The position numbers were made by a program, and so were the translations under genes. Positions 44,567-58,960 of a DNA stretch of 64,000 bases are shown piece after piece. The notes beneath the pieces were generated by a model, which was not told where the DNA came from, did not search any database, and was given only the letters and a program-made list of their open reading frames with translations. The DNA is taken from NCBI RefSeq assembly GCF_009914755.1, contig NC_060938.1; one strand, given 5' to 3'. How positions within the stretch are numbered: the stretch's first letter is position 1; the number at the start of each line of letters is the position of its first letter. Origin of the DNA: the human T2T-CHM13v2.0 reference genome, Homo sapiens.

Positions 44567-47500
44567 GATGATTCCTCCTAAAATGTTTAGTGGGTCAGGA
44601 ACAAAGTCAGCCCTCAATAAATATGGCTTTAAATGTTTCGATTTTTAATTAGGAGATTAGAAAGAAAGATTTCATTTGTTTGCAGTGCCCTGCAATGGCT
44701 GGCTGTGTCCCCGGTGTGTTTTGGTGAAGTTGCTTCTATTCCCATTCAGCAATTCTCAGATAAACCAACAATGTGTTTTGTACCGCAGCAGCCCCTCATT
44801 CCCCAGCATGACCCTGGTGAAGTGTCCATTAATTCCTTATCTCCAGGCTGAGGATGGCAGCCACGAAGGTCCTGCTTCTATTTTACAGTTAGGTGAGGCA
44901 CAAAGAGTTGCTGAGATGTCCTCAGATTGCGGAGCAAAGTAGTGGCTGAGCAAGAACTCACTCACAGCTCTGCATGTAGGACCCCACCCCAGACCTCTGG
45001 CCTCTTCCTGTCAGCGAAAGTAGTGGCTTTGAGGAGGGGAGGTCAAGGAGCATGAAGAGGCCCTCCAAAGTCCAGTTGCCCTGTACTGAGCCACCTACTC
45101 CTCCACGCTCTCCCTCTCCTACAGTGGCCCACTGTGGACACTCGGCAAGCACATGATGAATGTATGAACACAGGACCTCTCGTAGTTCAGCTCTGAGATG
45201 GGCTGGTGGGGACTCAGATAGATTGGAGTGTGAGGGTGAGGTAGGGCTGGGAGACTTTCCTTTCTCTTGGCTTGGGTCTGTCTTCTGCTGAGGAGATAAT
45301 AATAACAACCAGCATCTACTGAGTACTTACTGAGTGCCAAGAACTGAGCTAGGTGCCAAAGCTGGAATTTGAACTCTGGAAGTTGAACCCCACTGTCAGC
45401 ATGAAAACCCATTGTCTACAGCGGCCACACATGTGTCCCAGAAAAGTAAAGGGTCACTGGCAGCTCTCTGACAGGCCTGGGTTTCCTTGGCTTCTTGGAG
45501 CCCTAGTCTCTCCCCACACAGGCTCCCTGGGCTGTTGGAGAACCTGCCACCTACTTAAAGCTGGTCCCTGCCCAGTTCCTCCCTCCCCCAATTGATGTGA
45601 GCAGCCATTGTTCTCATCTTTGATGAAAGCTGTTGGAGAAATAAGACAGCTGCTTTAAAACTAGGATGTTGCAAACTCTAAAATGATCTAGAATTGCAGT
45701 CAGATGGCTGGATTTACCTGATCCTCATTCCCTGAGCTCCACCAGCTCCCAACTCAGGTGCTCTTTCTCCCTCCCTCTCCTGTCCCTATCCCATTAAGCC
45801 CCCATTCACCTGGCTCTCTCTTGCCCGTATAACCCGCAGCTGCAGCGGACAGAGCATTTTGCATTGATATGTGTTGTAATTACATCAGTTCCGCCCTGGC
45901 AGTTGCTCTCTGAGAAAAATCACTCAAGGGCATACCAGTCAATACAGACCCCAGACAGGTGCGTGACAATGCAGACTCCTGGGCCCACTGATCTGAATAG
46001 CTAGAGGTGGCCTGGAATCTGTATTTTCAAATCAGCATTTTAAGACATGAGGTTAGATTTGGAATCACTGCCCACCTCCTCATTGGAATCCTTCTCCACC
46101 AGGCCCTCCTTCCATGCTGCTCCTCCTGGGTACTTTCCAGCTCCCTAGTCTTTGGGCGCCTTGCTAGTCCTTTACACCTCTACACCTTCAAGTTCCCTCC
46201 TCATTTCATAATATTTACTAGATTCCAATAATATGCCAGGCACTGAGGCAGGCCCTATATCTCCATCTTTATAATAACTCTCTAAGGAAGGAATTCTGAT
46301 TCCTGATTTACAAACGAGGAACACCTTCCCTCCCCTCCCCATCCGCTGCCTGGCTCTCTCTGGCTCCCATACCCACAGGTATACTGAACAGATTATTTGC
46401 AGTGAATGTATGTGGTAACTGCATTACTTCCACCCTGTGTCCCCTGGGTGGAAGAGCCAGGATTCAAGGACAGGCATGTCTAGTTCTAAAGCCTGTGCCC
46501 AGAGTTGATAGGTCACACTTGCCACACTTTCCTTCCTAGCACAGTGGCTGGAAAATAGCAAGTATTCAATAGATATTTGTTAGTGAGTAACTGAATGAAT
46601 AAATGAAAGAAGAGTCCATACTTAAAGTTAGGACACTTCCTCCCATCTTTCCATACCCATCTCACATGCACACATATACACGCTCACACACACACTGAGG
46701 ATTTAGCCACTGGGCCATTTCCTTTCCTTCCTAACTGGCCCTTCTCTGCATGTCCAATCACTGCCTTCCTAGCCCCACTTAGATGGTGACTCTTGACACT
46801 CTGCTCTAACCCATGGTTACCTCACCTCTCATGTCCCATGGTGGCTAATCCTGACAATCACCGAAGAGCCAAATTGCTCCCAAAGATTCAGCAGTAGAAG
46901 TAACCTCCTGACTTCTTTGTGACCCAAGGCAGAGAGCAGAAGCCTGGACTAGGACTGGCCCCAAGTTTCCTGGGAGTCTGAAACTCCCTTCTCCTTCTTC
47001 TCCCCTCTCTTCCCCTTCCAACAGTAACTGAGAACCAGGTCCTGAAGGCAGGAGGAGGGGATCCCTTGATTTGAGGCTTTTTTGGTGATATAGGAGAGGG
47101 TCTCTTTGGAGCTCAGAGAAAGCAGGTAGGGATGGGAAGCAGGGTTTCTAGAAGGCTCGTACAAGGGAAGATGAATTGTCAACCATTTCACCAGCTCTCC
47201 TAGAGTTATTCCTGTCTCTCAAGCCATCTGCTTATCCATTGCAATCTTGTAAACAGAGATTTACAAGATCTCTCGTAAACTCCAGCCAATATTTGTTCAA
47301 AGAATAAATAACAAAAGCTTCCATTTATAGATCACTTGCTGCATGCCAGACAACATACTATCTCATTTAATCATTTCAACAACCCTAAGAGGCCAGAATT
47401 ATTATCATCATTATTTTACAAACATGGAATTAATTCAGAAACCTTAAGCAACTGCCCCAAGGTCCCACCACCACTTAAGTGATAAAGCTTAAACTGAGCT

Positions 47501-48259
47501 CTGGCCAGTTCCAAGTTCCCCTTTCCCTCCCATAGTGCTGTCCAAGGAACAAGGCCCAGACTAAGATGCTGTAATATTGACTCTGTAGGAATTTATTTTT
47601 TAAACATTCCAGCCTAAACCATGTGGTGTGTGTATATAAAGTGACTCTCCTGTAACTCCTAGAGTGGTTAGTTAGCATCTGAAGTGCCCTAATCAGGAAT
47701 CCGCACTCCAGAAAATGGTTACATAAGCACTTCAAACAACATCAAAATATACACCCAAGGGCTTAATGTGCTTGAGGGATGCTAGAAATAATCTTTTATT
47801 GGTGAAATAAGCAGTTTTCAAAACATGGAGTTGGCCAGGAAGATTATTTGCCTTTGCATGAATGGAGTGTGAGAGCCAGAGCAGGCCAACTGCCCCATTT
47901 TCTTGAAGCAGGCTGTGTGACTGTTTTGTGCCAGCTTGCCAATACATGTATATTTGGCAGAATTTGGCCTTAACTATTTTTAATATCCCACCTGCAGGAG
48001 ATTACAGAAAAGAAGACGAATGGCCTCCTCTCACCTCTCACGTCCCATGGCAGCTAATACAATCATTGAAGGACTAAATTGGCTCAGACCAGTTGACAAG
48101 TCCCCATCCCGGCCTCATCTTCTTTCACAAGAATGCCCTAGCATATCCTTCAACTCAGGCACATGATGGCTTTTCTTCCCATCTCTCTGTTCCATCCTCC
48201 ATTCTCCTTTGTCAGGTCACTTGTAATAATAAGCTAATATCCAAAGAAAGGGGCTCTAG

Positions 48260-49047
48260 GGGTGATGGTGGGTATTATAGTCCCAGCTACCTGGGAGGCT
48301 GAGGCAGAAGGACTGCTTGAGCCTAGGAGTTCTGGGCTGCAATGAGCTATGATTGCCACTGCATTCTAGCTTAGGCAACAGAGCAAGATCTTATCTCTTA
48401 AAAGAAAACAACAACAACAACAAAAGTTGTAACTTGCCCAAGTCACATAGATAAAAAGTGGAAGAGACATAACTGAAACTCAAGCCTCCTAAATTCCTAA
48501 TGTAGGGTTCAGTCCACCTCTACCACCCTCCCACAGACTGCCAAGGGGTCCTGCTCAGAGTTGGGCAATGGTGAGATGCACTCTATGGCCCCAAACTCAT
48601 TGAAACTAACAACTGAGCTGAAAAAAATGTGGAGTCTCTTCTGCCCTCTACAGAAGTAACCAGCTATAGGGGAGAGCATGCTCCTCCCATTCCACTCTCC
48701 ATGGTGCGTCTCTTTTCACTATATAACAAAGTTATATTAAATGAGTTCTGGGCCGAGGTGCGGTGGCTCATCCCTGTAATCCCAGCACTTTGGGAGGCCG
48801 AGGCAGGAGGATTTCTTGAGTCCAGGAGTTTGAGACCCCACCTCTACTAAAAAAAAAAAAAAATTTTTTTTTTTTTTTTGCTGGGTATAGTAGCATGTGC
48901 CTATAGTCCCAGCTGTTCATGAGGCTGAGATGGGAGGATTGCTTGAGCCCAGGAGTTCAAGTTACAGTGAGCTATGATTGTGCCACTGCAATCCAGCCTG
49001 GAGAACAGAACAAGAAGAACCTATGTCCAAAAAAAAAAAAAAAAAAA
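48260..49047 (+). mobile_element. Alu right arm (48260-48425) and AluJ (48751-49047)
   Basis: Alu consensus; the second has an A14T17 linker. Confidence 0.85.
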
Positions 49048-50399
49048 GTGAATGAATGAATTAATGTCTTCTTAGCAAAATCCAGAGAACGTGTTTTTGG
49101 GCTTCCTTATGCAACTTCTGGAATGTTGAAGTGGATAGCCTGAGCATTGTCCCACAAAATGGGGCTAATCTATCCCAATCCCCACGAGCTATAAAGCTGT
49201 TTGCAAGTTCAGCCATTGAAGTCCCATTGGCCCAGTTAAATTCTCACGTTTGGCCTCCTGCACTACCAGCTTTCCTTAGTGTCTGGGCTCTCAAAACTTC
49301 TACGTGAGAATGGCCTGGGGTACTTTAGTTAGAGATTCAGATTCAAACCCAGGGTGGGGGTGTTCTTCATGGTGCCTGGGATGAGTCTTCCAAGGACCAT
49401 TTGGAGAAACAGGCGCTGATGGTATTTTGCTTCTGTTCAGTCCTTCACTGACAGAGAGCCTGCAGGGTTGAGGAAGAAGGCTCTGTTTTGAAGTGTGGAT
49501 CCCTCCCTGCAATGGTCTCTATTTGCATCTTCTTTACTCCAGGCTCACCTAGCCAAATGTTGAGTTTTCCAACCCCTCTGGGTATGAGATTGCTTTGGGC
49601 GATCTGAGATCTGCAAAAGTCTGAGAACGAGGAGCACATGGGCACGCTGATGACTGCCCTGCAAACTGCCTGGCAGCCAGGGTCCTCCTGGGCCCTCCTT
49701 TAAAATAACATATACATAAGCCGGCCTGGAGGCCCAGGCGGGAAGATCACTTGAGCTCCGGAGTTCGAGTCCAGCCTGGGCAACATAGCGAGACCAGAAA
49801 ATAAGCAAGTAAGTTACTCTCTGGGCTGTCGTAACTTATTTTTTCTTTTTCTCCTGCAAATTGCAACTCAGAACATTTGGTCTGCCAGACTGAAATATGG
49901 ACTTCTGTTCCAAATATCCAGACGTTACAGTTCCCACAGGTGGCCAGGAGAATGCTGGAACCTTTGGCGGAGACGGTCTGGTCTTGTCCCGCAGCCCGCG
50001 AGGGTCCCCCGCTATTTGGGGTCAAGCAGATCCCCGGGGCGCTCTGGCCACCCCTTGCGGCAGCTGGTGCGGCCTCCTCGGAGAGCTCCGGGCCGGCGCC
50101 CGGGACACCCCGCCGCCCTCCCTGCCGCCCCAGGGACGAGCCCAGCGGTGCGGAGAAGTGGGAGGCTGGAGCCTGCTGAGGTCATTTCCTGTGCCTCTCC
50201 GCGAGCTGCCTGGAGAGCTGAGCCCAGCGCTCTGCCTTTAAGGAGCGGGCGGGGAGCCGAGGGGAGGAGGGCGCCCGGCGGAGCGTTGAATGGGGCGCAG
50301 CAAGGCTCGGCCGGGCTTTGTGCAGCGAGCCCGCGGGCACCCCTCCCGCTCCAGCCTCGCCCCGCCCCGCAGCCCACGACCCCTGCTGCCGGGGAGGGG

Positions 50400-50514
50400 A
50401 GAACCGGCGGCAGCCCGGGACTCCGGCGAGAGCGACGCAAGGTCGGCTGCGGCGGCGGCCCGAGGGCGCCCGTGTGCCCAGTGCGCGGCGGGGACGGCCG
50501 CGAGCTCGCTGGAG
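50400..50514 (+). other. PLEKHH1: PLEKHH1 non-coding exon 1 (TSS approximate)
   Basis: Lies in the CpG island with donor GAG|GTGAGC at 50514/50515; the next supported exon is 58961. Confidence 0.7.
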
Positions 50515-50751
50515 GTGAGCGACCCGCGCTCCCGCCGCTGTGGTGGGCTGGGGCTGCGCCGCGGCGGAGGGCGTCAGGCTGCGCGCGGGGGACGGCCCCT
50601 CGGGCCCGGAGGACGATCCGGAGCAGGTGCCTCCCTACCTGGAAGCGAGCCCCCAGCGGCGGGGAGCGCTGGAGCGCGGGTCTGGCTTGGGAAGCCGGGC
50701 GCCCCAGGGGACTCGCGCCGCGAGGCCAGGAGGAGCCTCCCCCGGGAGTAC

Positions 50752-50855
50752 CTGGACTTGGGGATCGGTCAGATCCAGCCGCTCCTGGGAAGGGCCCTCG
50801 GAGCGGACGTGCAGGCTGCCACCTTGCTATCGGTGCTCGCTCCCTTTCACCCCTT
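50752..50855 (-). other. TMEM229B: Candidate distal non-coding first exon of TMEM229B inside PLEKHH1 intron 1
   Basis: Minus-strand donor CAG|GTACTC (plus-strand gagtac|ctg, boundary 50751/50752). Recalled annotation has a TMEM229B isoform starting here. 5' end approximate. Confidence 0.45.
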
Positions 50856-51412
50856 CCCGCACCCCTCCCCATCTCACCTCAGGTTATTTCTTCTGTGATT
50901 TCTGAGTGTTGTCTTTGGGACCCTATGGCTCAGGCTCGACTCCTAGGAGCAGGTCATTCAAGCAGAAAAGAAAACAGGTTGGGCGCCGAATGACACAGAG
51001 CATTGTGTCCTAGGAGTCTTAGCGAGGACTCGGTCACCAGGAACCAGGGGCCTTAGTGGGGGTGGCAGAGGCGGTGAAGAGCCTCATCTGGAAGGAAACT
51101 CCTCTCCTTGTGGGATTTCTGCTTGCCAGGATATCTCCTCCATAGCTTTTACTATGAATCCACCTCATAAAACTCTTCCAAGACAGAGCCTTGGTTCAGG
51201 TAAAACACTTGAAAGACCATTTAAAAAATTCAGTGGGAGAATTATCAGTTCCTTCATCAAACTGTTTGGACTGTCTTCTATGTGACAGACACTGTGTATA
51301 GGGCTAGTACCATCACTGAACGCTTTATAGAACATCGGTATTAGTGTTTCTGCACATTATTGGCCCCATTTTTCCAAAGGAGGAAGCTGGGACTCTGAAA
51401 AGTTGTGATTTA

Positions 51413-51630
51413 GGCCAGTTGCAGTGGCTTATGCCTGTAATCCCAGCACTTTGGGAAGCCAAGGCAGGAGGAGAGCTTGATGCCAGGAGTTCAAGACCAG
51501 CCTGGGCAACATAGGGAGACCCTGTGTCTACAAATAAATAAAAATTTAAAAATTAGCTGGGTGTGGTGGTGTGGGCCTGTAGTCCCAGCTAACTTGGGAG
51601 GCTGATGATCCTGTCTGTTAAAAAAAAAAT
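51413..51630 (+). mobile_element. AluJ with deleted right arm, inside a MIR
   Basis: TSD gttgtgat; MIR continues on both sides. Confidence 0.82.
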
Positions 51631-51929
51631 TGTTGTGATATGCCCATGGTCACATAGCTAAAAAGTGGAAGAGCCATAACTGAAACCCAAGCCTCCTAAA
51701 TTCCTAACGTATGGTTCAGTCCACTTCTACCACCTTCCCATAGACTGCTGAGGGGGCCTGCTCAGAGTTGGGCAATTGTGGGGTGCAGCCTGTGGCCCCA
51801 AACTCATTGAAACTAACAACTAAGCTGAAAAAATGTGGAGCCTCTTCTGCCCTCTTCAGAAGTCACCAGCTGTAGGAGAGAGCATGTTCCTCCCATTCCT
51901 GATAGAAAAAAAAAAATCCAAAGAAATGT

Positions 51930-52430
51930 CTGGCAATTTAAAGTGTACATCATTTACCCCTAAATTCCATTTTCTGGGACTTTATCCTTCAGATATACTC
52001 TGATGTATATGAAATGGTGTACATCATTGAATATTCATTGCAGCATTGTTTAGCAAAAGGTTGGAAACAATCTAGATGTCCATCAATAAGGAACCCTTCA
52101 ATAAGATCATGTAAAAGCCACACGATAGGATACATTAAAGCTGTTATAAAGCGTGCAGAGAAAATGTGGCAGATATATATTTTGATGTAGGAATATCTCT
52201 AAGTTATATTGTTGAGTACAGTGTGTATGGTGGGCCACGATTTTTGGGTGGGTGTGTGAATGCCACATACATATGAATGCCTGTAGATGCTCTGAATATC
52301 TCTGAGAGAACACACAGAAACCTGTAACAGTGGTTGCCGCTGGGGAGAACTATGGCTGAAGTACAGGCATGGGAAGAAGCCTTACTTTGCACTATATACC
52401 CTTTTGTTCAATGTTCTAAAATAACTTTAA
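51930..52430 (+). mobile_element. Old L1 (L1ME-like) 3' fragment
   Basis: aattccattttctggga.ttatcct, attcattgcagcattgttt, ttggaaacaatctagatgtccatcaata. Confidence 0.7.
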
Positions 52431-52795
<365 letters not shown>

Positions 52796-53874
52796 TCGTG
52801 AGCACATCTTTGGGCCACATCTCCTTTTATGTTCTAGATGCTATTGGTTTGCCTTTGTTTGCTGATTACAACAATAACAGTCATTTATTGAGTACTTAGT
52901 GTGCACCAGGCTTTTGTAATATCTCCTTTAATTCTCAAAAAGCCCTGCATGATGTGATATATGAAATGGCCATTTTGAAGGTTGGAAAATGGTTAAATGA
53001 CGGTTTCATATGGTTCAACCAAATATTATTGTCCTGATTTTCAAATATTACTGCCCTCAATTTCAGAATGGAACTGAGTCTCAAAGAAGTTAAGCAAATG
53101 GCTTAAGGCCACAGGATTATTTAGTGCCTGAGCTCGTATTCAAACCCAGGCCTGTCAGTGCCAGAGCATGGGATCTTAGGTACTAAGCTGTTTCTCTTTG
53201 CTGTTTTTGTTCTCAAGGAATGTTGTACCTGGTTGTCCTGACCACTTCTTTTGGTATTGAGGTTCCTGCGGCCTAGGACATGCTCACCTTCTCTGTCTCC
53301 CCGGACATTGTGTGGAATGTCATGTAGGCACCCAGCAGTGGCCAAATGGATGTTGTTAGCTTGATCAGATGACAGTGCTGAGATCAGAGGAAGTTGTCCC
53401 TGTGTACACTCACACCCTTCTCCCAGCCTCATCCCCAGAAACGGGACACAAAGCTGTTTCTCTCCCACAATTGACAAGTAGTCAGCCACGTCTGGCAGAG
53501 CACTTTTAGAAGATGGTGGTAGCCCCTCACTAGCAAGTGGAAGTCATACAGATACTCACACTCAGGGAATGAACCATACTGAGGCAACATGAGAGAGCCC
53601 AGTGGAAACTGTGCATATAACAGAAGCCCCGTTGCCTTCCAATGCCTCCTGCATCCTCCACAAGATAGAGGCAATGAGCTATTTTGAGGCCTGTGGTGAC
53701 CTCTGACCTCTTTCTTTTAGGGTCCTGTATTGATTAGCTACCTTTGTAGGGAGCTACCAGGATATTCAGGCTGTAGACTTGAGCCTCAAAAGCCACAATA
53801 TCTTTATTCATCTTTATATCCCCAATCTTGCACACAGGACTCACTTAAAAGTTGTTTGTATTAAACTTAATCTT

Positions 53875-54808
<934 letters not shown>

Positions 54809-57468
54809 GTAATCTTAGCATTTTGTCAGTTTCTGCTCAAAATCCTCAAACTTGCCAGAGAGATCCCAGGTCAAATTTGTGTTTTCTCTGATACAGACTC
54901 TGAGTCTGGAGTCACCTAATGACTTCCTGTGCCACCTTCCCACCCATCCTACTCCCAGCCCCTGCCTCTGGGGCATATCCCCACTGACTGCTGTGGCATT
55001 TCAGTCCCGGGTGTTGGAGGATTCAGGGGATGCCAAAGCAGGTATCAAGACTATGGCAGTTTTTTGATTCACCTGCCAAGCAGTTTAGCAGGCTGGGTGC
55101 CAGCAGAATCAAGAAAACTATGAGTTTCATAAGACTGGCCAACAGCTGATCGTAATTTTAGCGGGGTATTGGGGACAGAGGGACTTATTGTACTATTCTC
55201 CCTATTTCTAATGTGTGATAGAGCATTCCAGAATAAAAATAGAAAAAAAAATTGAGCTGAGTTTTGTTTCCAGCTCACTTCCCCTCTCTCATTTCCCCAT
55301 TTATTTTTTGCCATTAATGTATTTGTGTTAGACTAGCCTGTTAGTATGAGATATCTGCTACCACTACTGAAGCATCATCATGGGAAGAGGACAATTGTAG
55401 ATATTGGGAGATCAGGATTCTTGGCCCAGTTCTGCTACTCCTTAGCTCTATGCAAGGCTCTAAGCAAGTCACAGATGTGATGAGTTTTCTCATCTGTTCA
55501 TTGTGACTAATTGTGTTTGTCCTCCATCTCAGGGATAAAGAGAGAAATAACACATGCGTCGCAATGCTTTGACAAGTTACAAACTCTACTGCAAATGTAA
55601 GGTATTCATTTCTGCTCATCCTTGTGCATTTTTATGGGAGGTATAAGTGCAAGGTGACTTAGCAGGTGAGGCTCAGCTTACTGGTATCTTCCTTTAACCT
55701 CCCTTATTTTATAGCTGTTGCTCTGACCACCTGCTTCTGTCAGAAGAGCCTCTGGGCCTTGGGTTTGGCAGCAGGCACCCTGCTCCTGATCTATTTCAAA
55801 ACCTCTCTGCTCTCCTCACATGCTGAGGCAAGCCAAGCACGAGTCCCAACCTCCTCAGCAACTTGCCAGGGAGAGGGTGGTTAATCCTCTCCATCCCCAA
55901 GGCAGGGAGAGGATTAAACAGACCACTTGATCAGTTCAGAACCATGATGTTACGGAGATGCTTGATTGGGGAAAGCATTCCCTAAACTAGGTATAATCTC
56001 AGATATCAGGGCTAGGCAGACACCAGTGACATATTTCCAAAGTACTTGGAGATTTTGATAATTTGGGTTTTCACTCTCCCAATAGAATCTGAGCAGCAGC
56101 TTTGACAATCAGTAAGAGGGAATCAATATTAATCAAACTCTTTCAACTATACAAAGGGATTACATTTCCCTTGCCCCTTGCTTTTATGCTTTTACTGTTA
56201 TTTCTTAGCCCTGAACTGAGTTGCGAGACTCCCAGGTCCTAGTCTCAGATCTGCCACTTTTCCTATTTATACAAGGAAAAGCAAAATCCCAGTAAAGGAC
56301 AAGGAAAAATCAAACATGAAGCCTCCCGGCCTTCTCTGAGAGCCTTACAAGGTTCTGTTTTGTCTTTTCAGCTGTGATCTTAGCTCAGAGAAGGTCATGT
56401 TTTGTTTTTGTCTTTTGTCTTCCTGCCCGTTCCAGTTGGTCCTAGTCTTTTGAGATGGGGATTGCTGGGAGGTCACAATGCAGGGATTGTTTAGATGACA
56501 GGGCTGGGAGAGCAGCGCTGAAGTCATGTGTTCTGAGGAACCAAGAAGCGAGCTTACTCGGTCCATCAGTGGTTTAATTGTTGGGCCTTTCTCTGCAGGT
56601 CTTATTTTTTAGATGAAAAGTCAGGATACATGGTAAAGGTCAGTGCTTGGGGAGATTATGGTGTCAGAATATTTGAGCCCAAGATGTCTTGGGAAATCTG
56701 GGATATAGGTTCATCCTTGTGCTAAGGCTTCTGAAAGATCCTAGAAACGATTTCTGCCATTTTCAAGTCTACCACACTCTTTGTGAAATTGAAATTCTTT
56801 TTATTTTTTTTGGATGGGTAAAGAGCACAGAGTGGCAATGAACAAGGAATTTGGGACCAGAATCCCAGCTCCACCATTAACTAGCTGTACAATTATCTGT
56901 AAATTACTTAGCTTCTCTGTTCCTCAGTGTCCTCATGTGTGTGTGGACAACAGTGCTTACCTATTGTTTCACAGGTTGTTGTAAGGTTTAAAGAGGCAAC
57001 ACATGCCTGGCATACAATAAAGACTCAATAAGCAATAGCTACTTGTAGTGTATGATGGGAGAAAAATACGAATAAAAGTCACATGCGAGGGGAGAAGCAC
57101 GATTGGTGATTAGCCCATCAAAGAGAGGCTAACTTTGCACTGTGGTAGTATCTGGCAACAGTACAGGAGGTGGCTGGGTTTTCTGAGGCCATGTGGCTCC
57201 TGAGGAAGGAAAAGGGGATTTTGAAAAGCAACAAATTTTTATTATGGAAAATTCCAGGCATATATTCAAGTAGAGAGATCATATAAAGAACTCCCATATA
57301 CCCATCAGCCAGCTTCAAAAATTATCAACATTTTACTAATCCTATTTTGTATATCTCCTCCCCTACTTACCTCTTACCTTGAAGTATTTTAAAACAAATC
57401 CCAGATATTATATTACTTCACCTGTATATCATAAAAATTTTTAACAGATGACATTTAAAAATATTATC

Positions 57469-57768
57469 GGCCGGGTACAGTGGCTCACACCTGTAATCCC
57501 AGCACTTTAAGAGATTGAGGCAGGTGGATCACTTGAGGCCAGGAGTTCAAGACCAGCCTGGCCAACATAGTGAATCTCCATCTCTACTAAAAATACAAAA
57601 AATTAGCCAGGCTTGATGGTGCACGCCTGTAATCCAGCTTCTCAGGAGGCTGAGGCATGAGAATCACTTGAAGCCAGGAGGCAGAGGTTGTAGTGAGCCA
57701 AAATTGCACCATTGTACTCCAGTGTGGCTGACAAAGTGAGACTCTCCCTCAAAAAAAAAAAAAAAAAA
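57469..57768 (+). mobile_element. AluS
   Basis: TSD aaaa(t/a)attatc; inserted in an old L1 fragment. Confidence 0.9.
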
Positions 57769-58960
57769 TTATCACCCTAAAAAATTAACAATTATTCCTT
57801 AAAATTGTTGACTACTAGGGTGACCATGTGTCATGGTTTGGGACAGACCAAATTTATACTTTTTGGGAAGCATCATTCATCATAATGCCCTATAAGGGGG
57901 ATTTGAAAAATCCTGATGATGGATGTGTCTCCCAGGCATTCTCTCCTGCTTGCTCTGCCTGTATCCCTCTCTCTCATGCACACTCATGCATCCTTCTTCC
58001 TTTTCTCATCCTGCATCCAGTGTTTTTTCTCTAAATATGTCCAGAAGGCATCTGAGTGAATTCCCCTGGCTGGACATACTATAGGTGTCTACTTGATTTG
58101 TTCTGAATTTGTACAAATTTTTTTCCCAAAGACTTGTGGCTTTCTCCAGAGGTTGCAGCAAAATATCTAGCAGTTTTCTGGTTTGCATCTTAGAACCTGA
58201 AGGAAATGGTGAGAATCTATTCCAAAGTGGGATGGATGATTCGATGATAACAATGGACACAATCCCATCTAAATAGAAGATTGTCAAAGACATTCAAAGC
58301 ATTATATTTTGTTTCCATTTTTTTCTCATCTAACATTTTATATAGATGAAATAGAATAAGAAATAAACTGGGAACCGGGGTTCTGCCTCTAATTAGCTAT
58401 GTGACCTTGGATGCATCTGTTACCCACTTTAAGCCTTCCCTAAACACATCCCTCCCACTTTTCCCAGCTCCCATTCCCATTTATCTGCAAGTCACTTGGC
58501 AACTATGACTACATTGTAATTAGATTTTCCTAAGAGTTCCTTGAAAAACACAAAGACAAGGAATTTCTCTTAGTTCTGTTTGCATCTCCAGTGCAGAGCA
58601 CAGGGTCAGGCATATAAGTAGCTGTTTAATGGATAAGTTTGTTGTGTGAATAATGGATAATTGAAAAACAAATGAGCCCTACTTTTCACTTCTGTCCAAA
58701 TGAGACTAGGTTCTCCTTAAGGTTTCTCAGGTTTCGCGGTTTCCTGAGGCTCTCAGCTAACTTACAATGGAGCGGGACACACTGAGCTGAGGAAGGCAGG
58801 GAGGGGCCCTGGGGATCAGTGACCAATTCTCTTCCCCAGCCCTGTTTTCTCTTCCCCAGCCCTGTTTTCTCTGTCCTTTGGTCCCCTCCCGTTCTTTCCC
58901 CACAGAACTCTTCCTCACACGCTTATTTATCTTTTCCTCTTTCTGCATGCTGGTTCTTAG

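Larger units (their letters stand above)
49960..50860. promoter_or_regulatory. CpG island; PLEKHH1 promoter, probably also a distal TMEM229B promoter (bidirectional)
   Basis: Very high GC and CpG density, GC boxes (gggcgggg 50247-50254; ccccgcccc ~50360), and splice donors on both strands. Confidence 0.9.

Noticed and set aside
47244-47269. 10-bp stem hairpin atcttgtaaa/tttacaagat with a forkhead motif
   Set aside because: AT-rich and near chance expectation for this window size.
50012-50993. Long ORFs (325, 286, 202 aa) in the PLEKHH1 island
   Set aside because: Stop-poor GC-rich DNA open in several frames on both strands, with low-complexity R/G/P/A composition and no recognisable domain.
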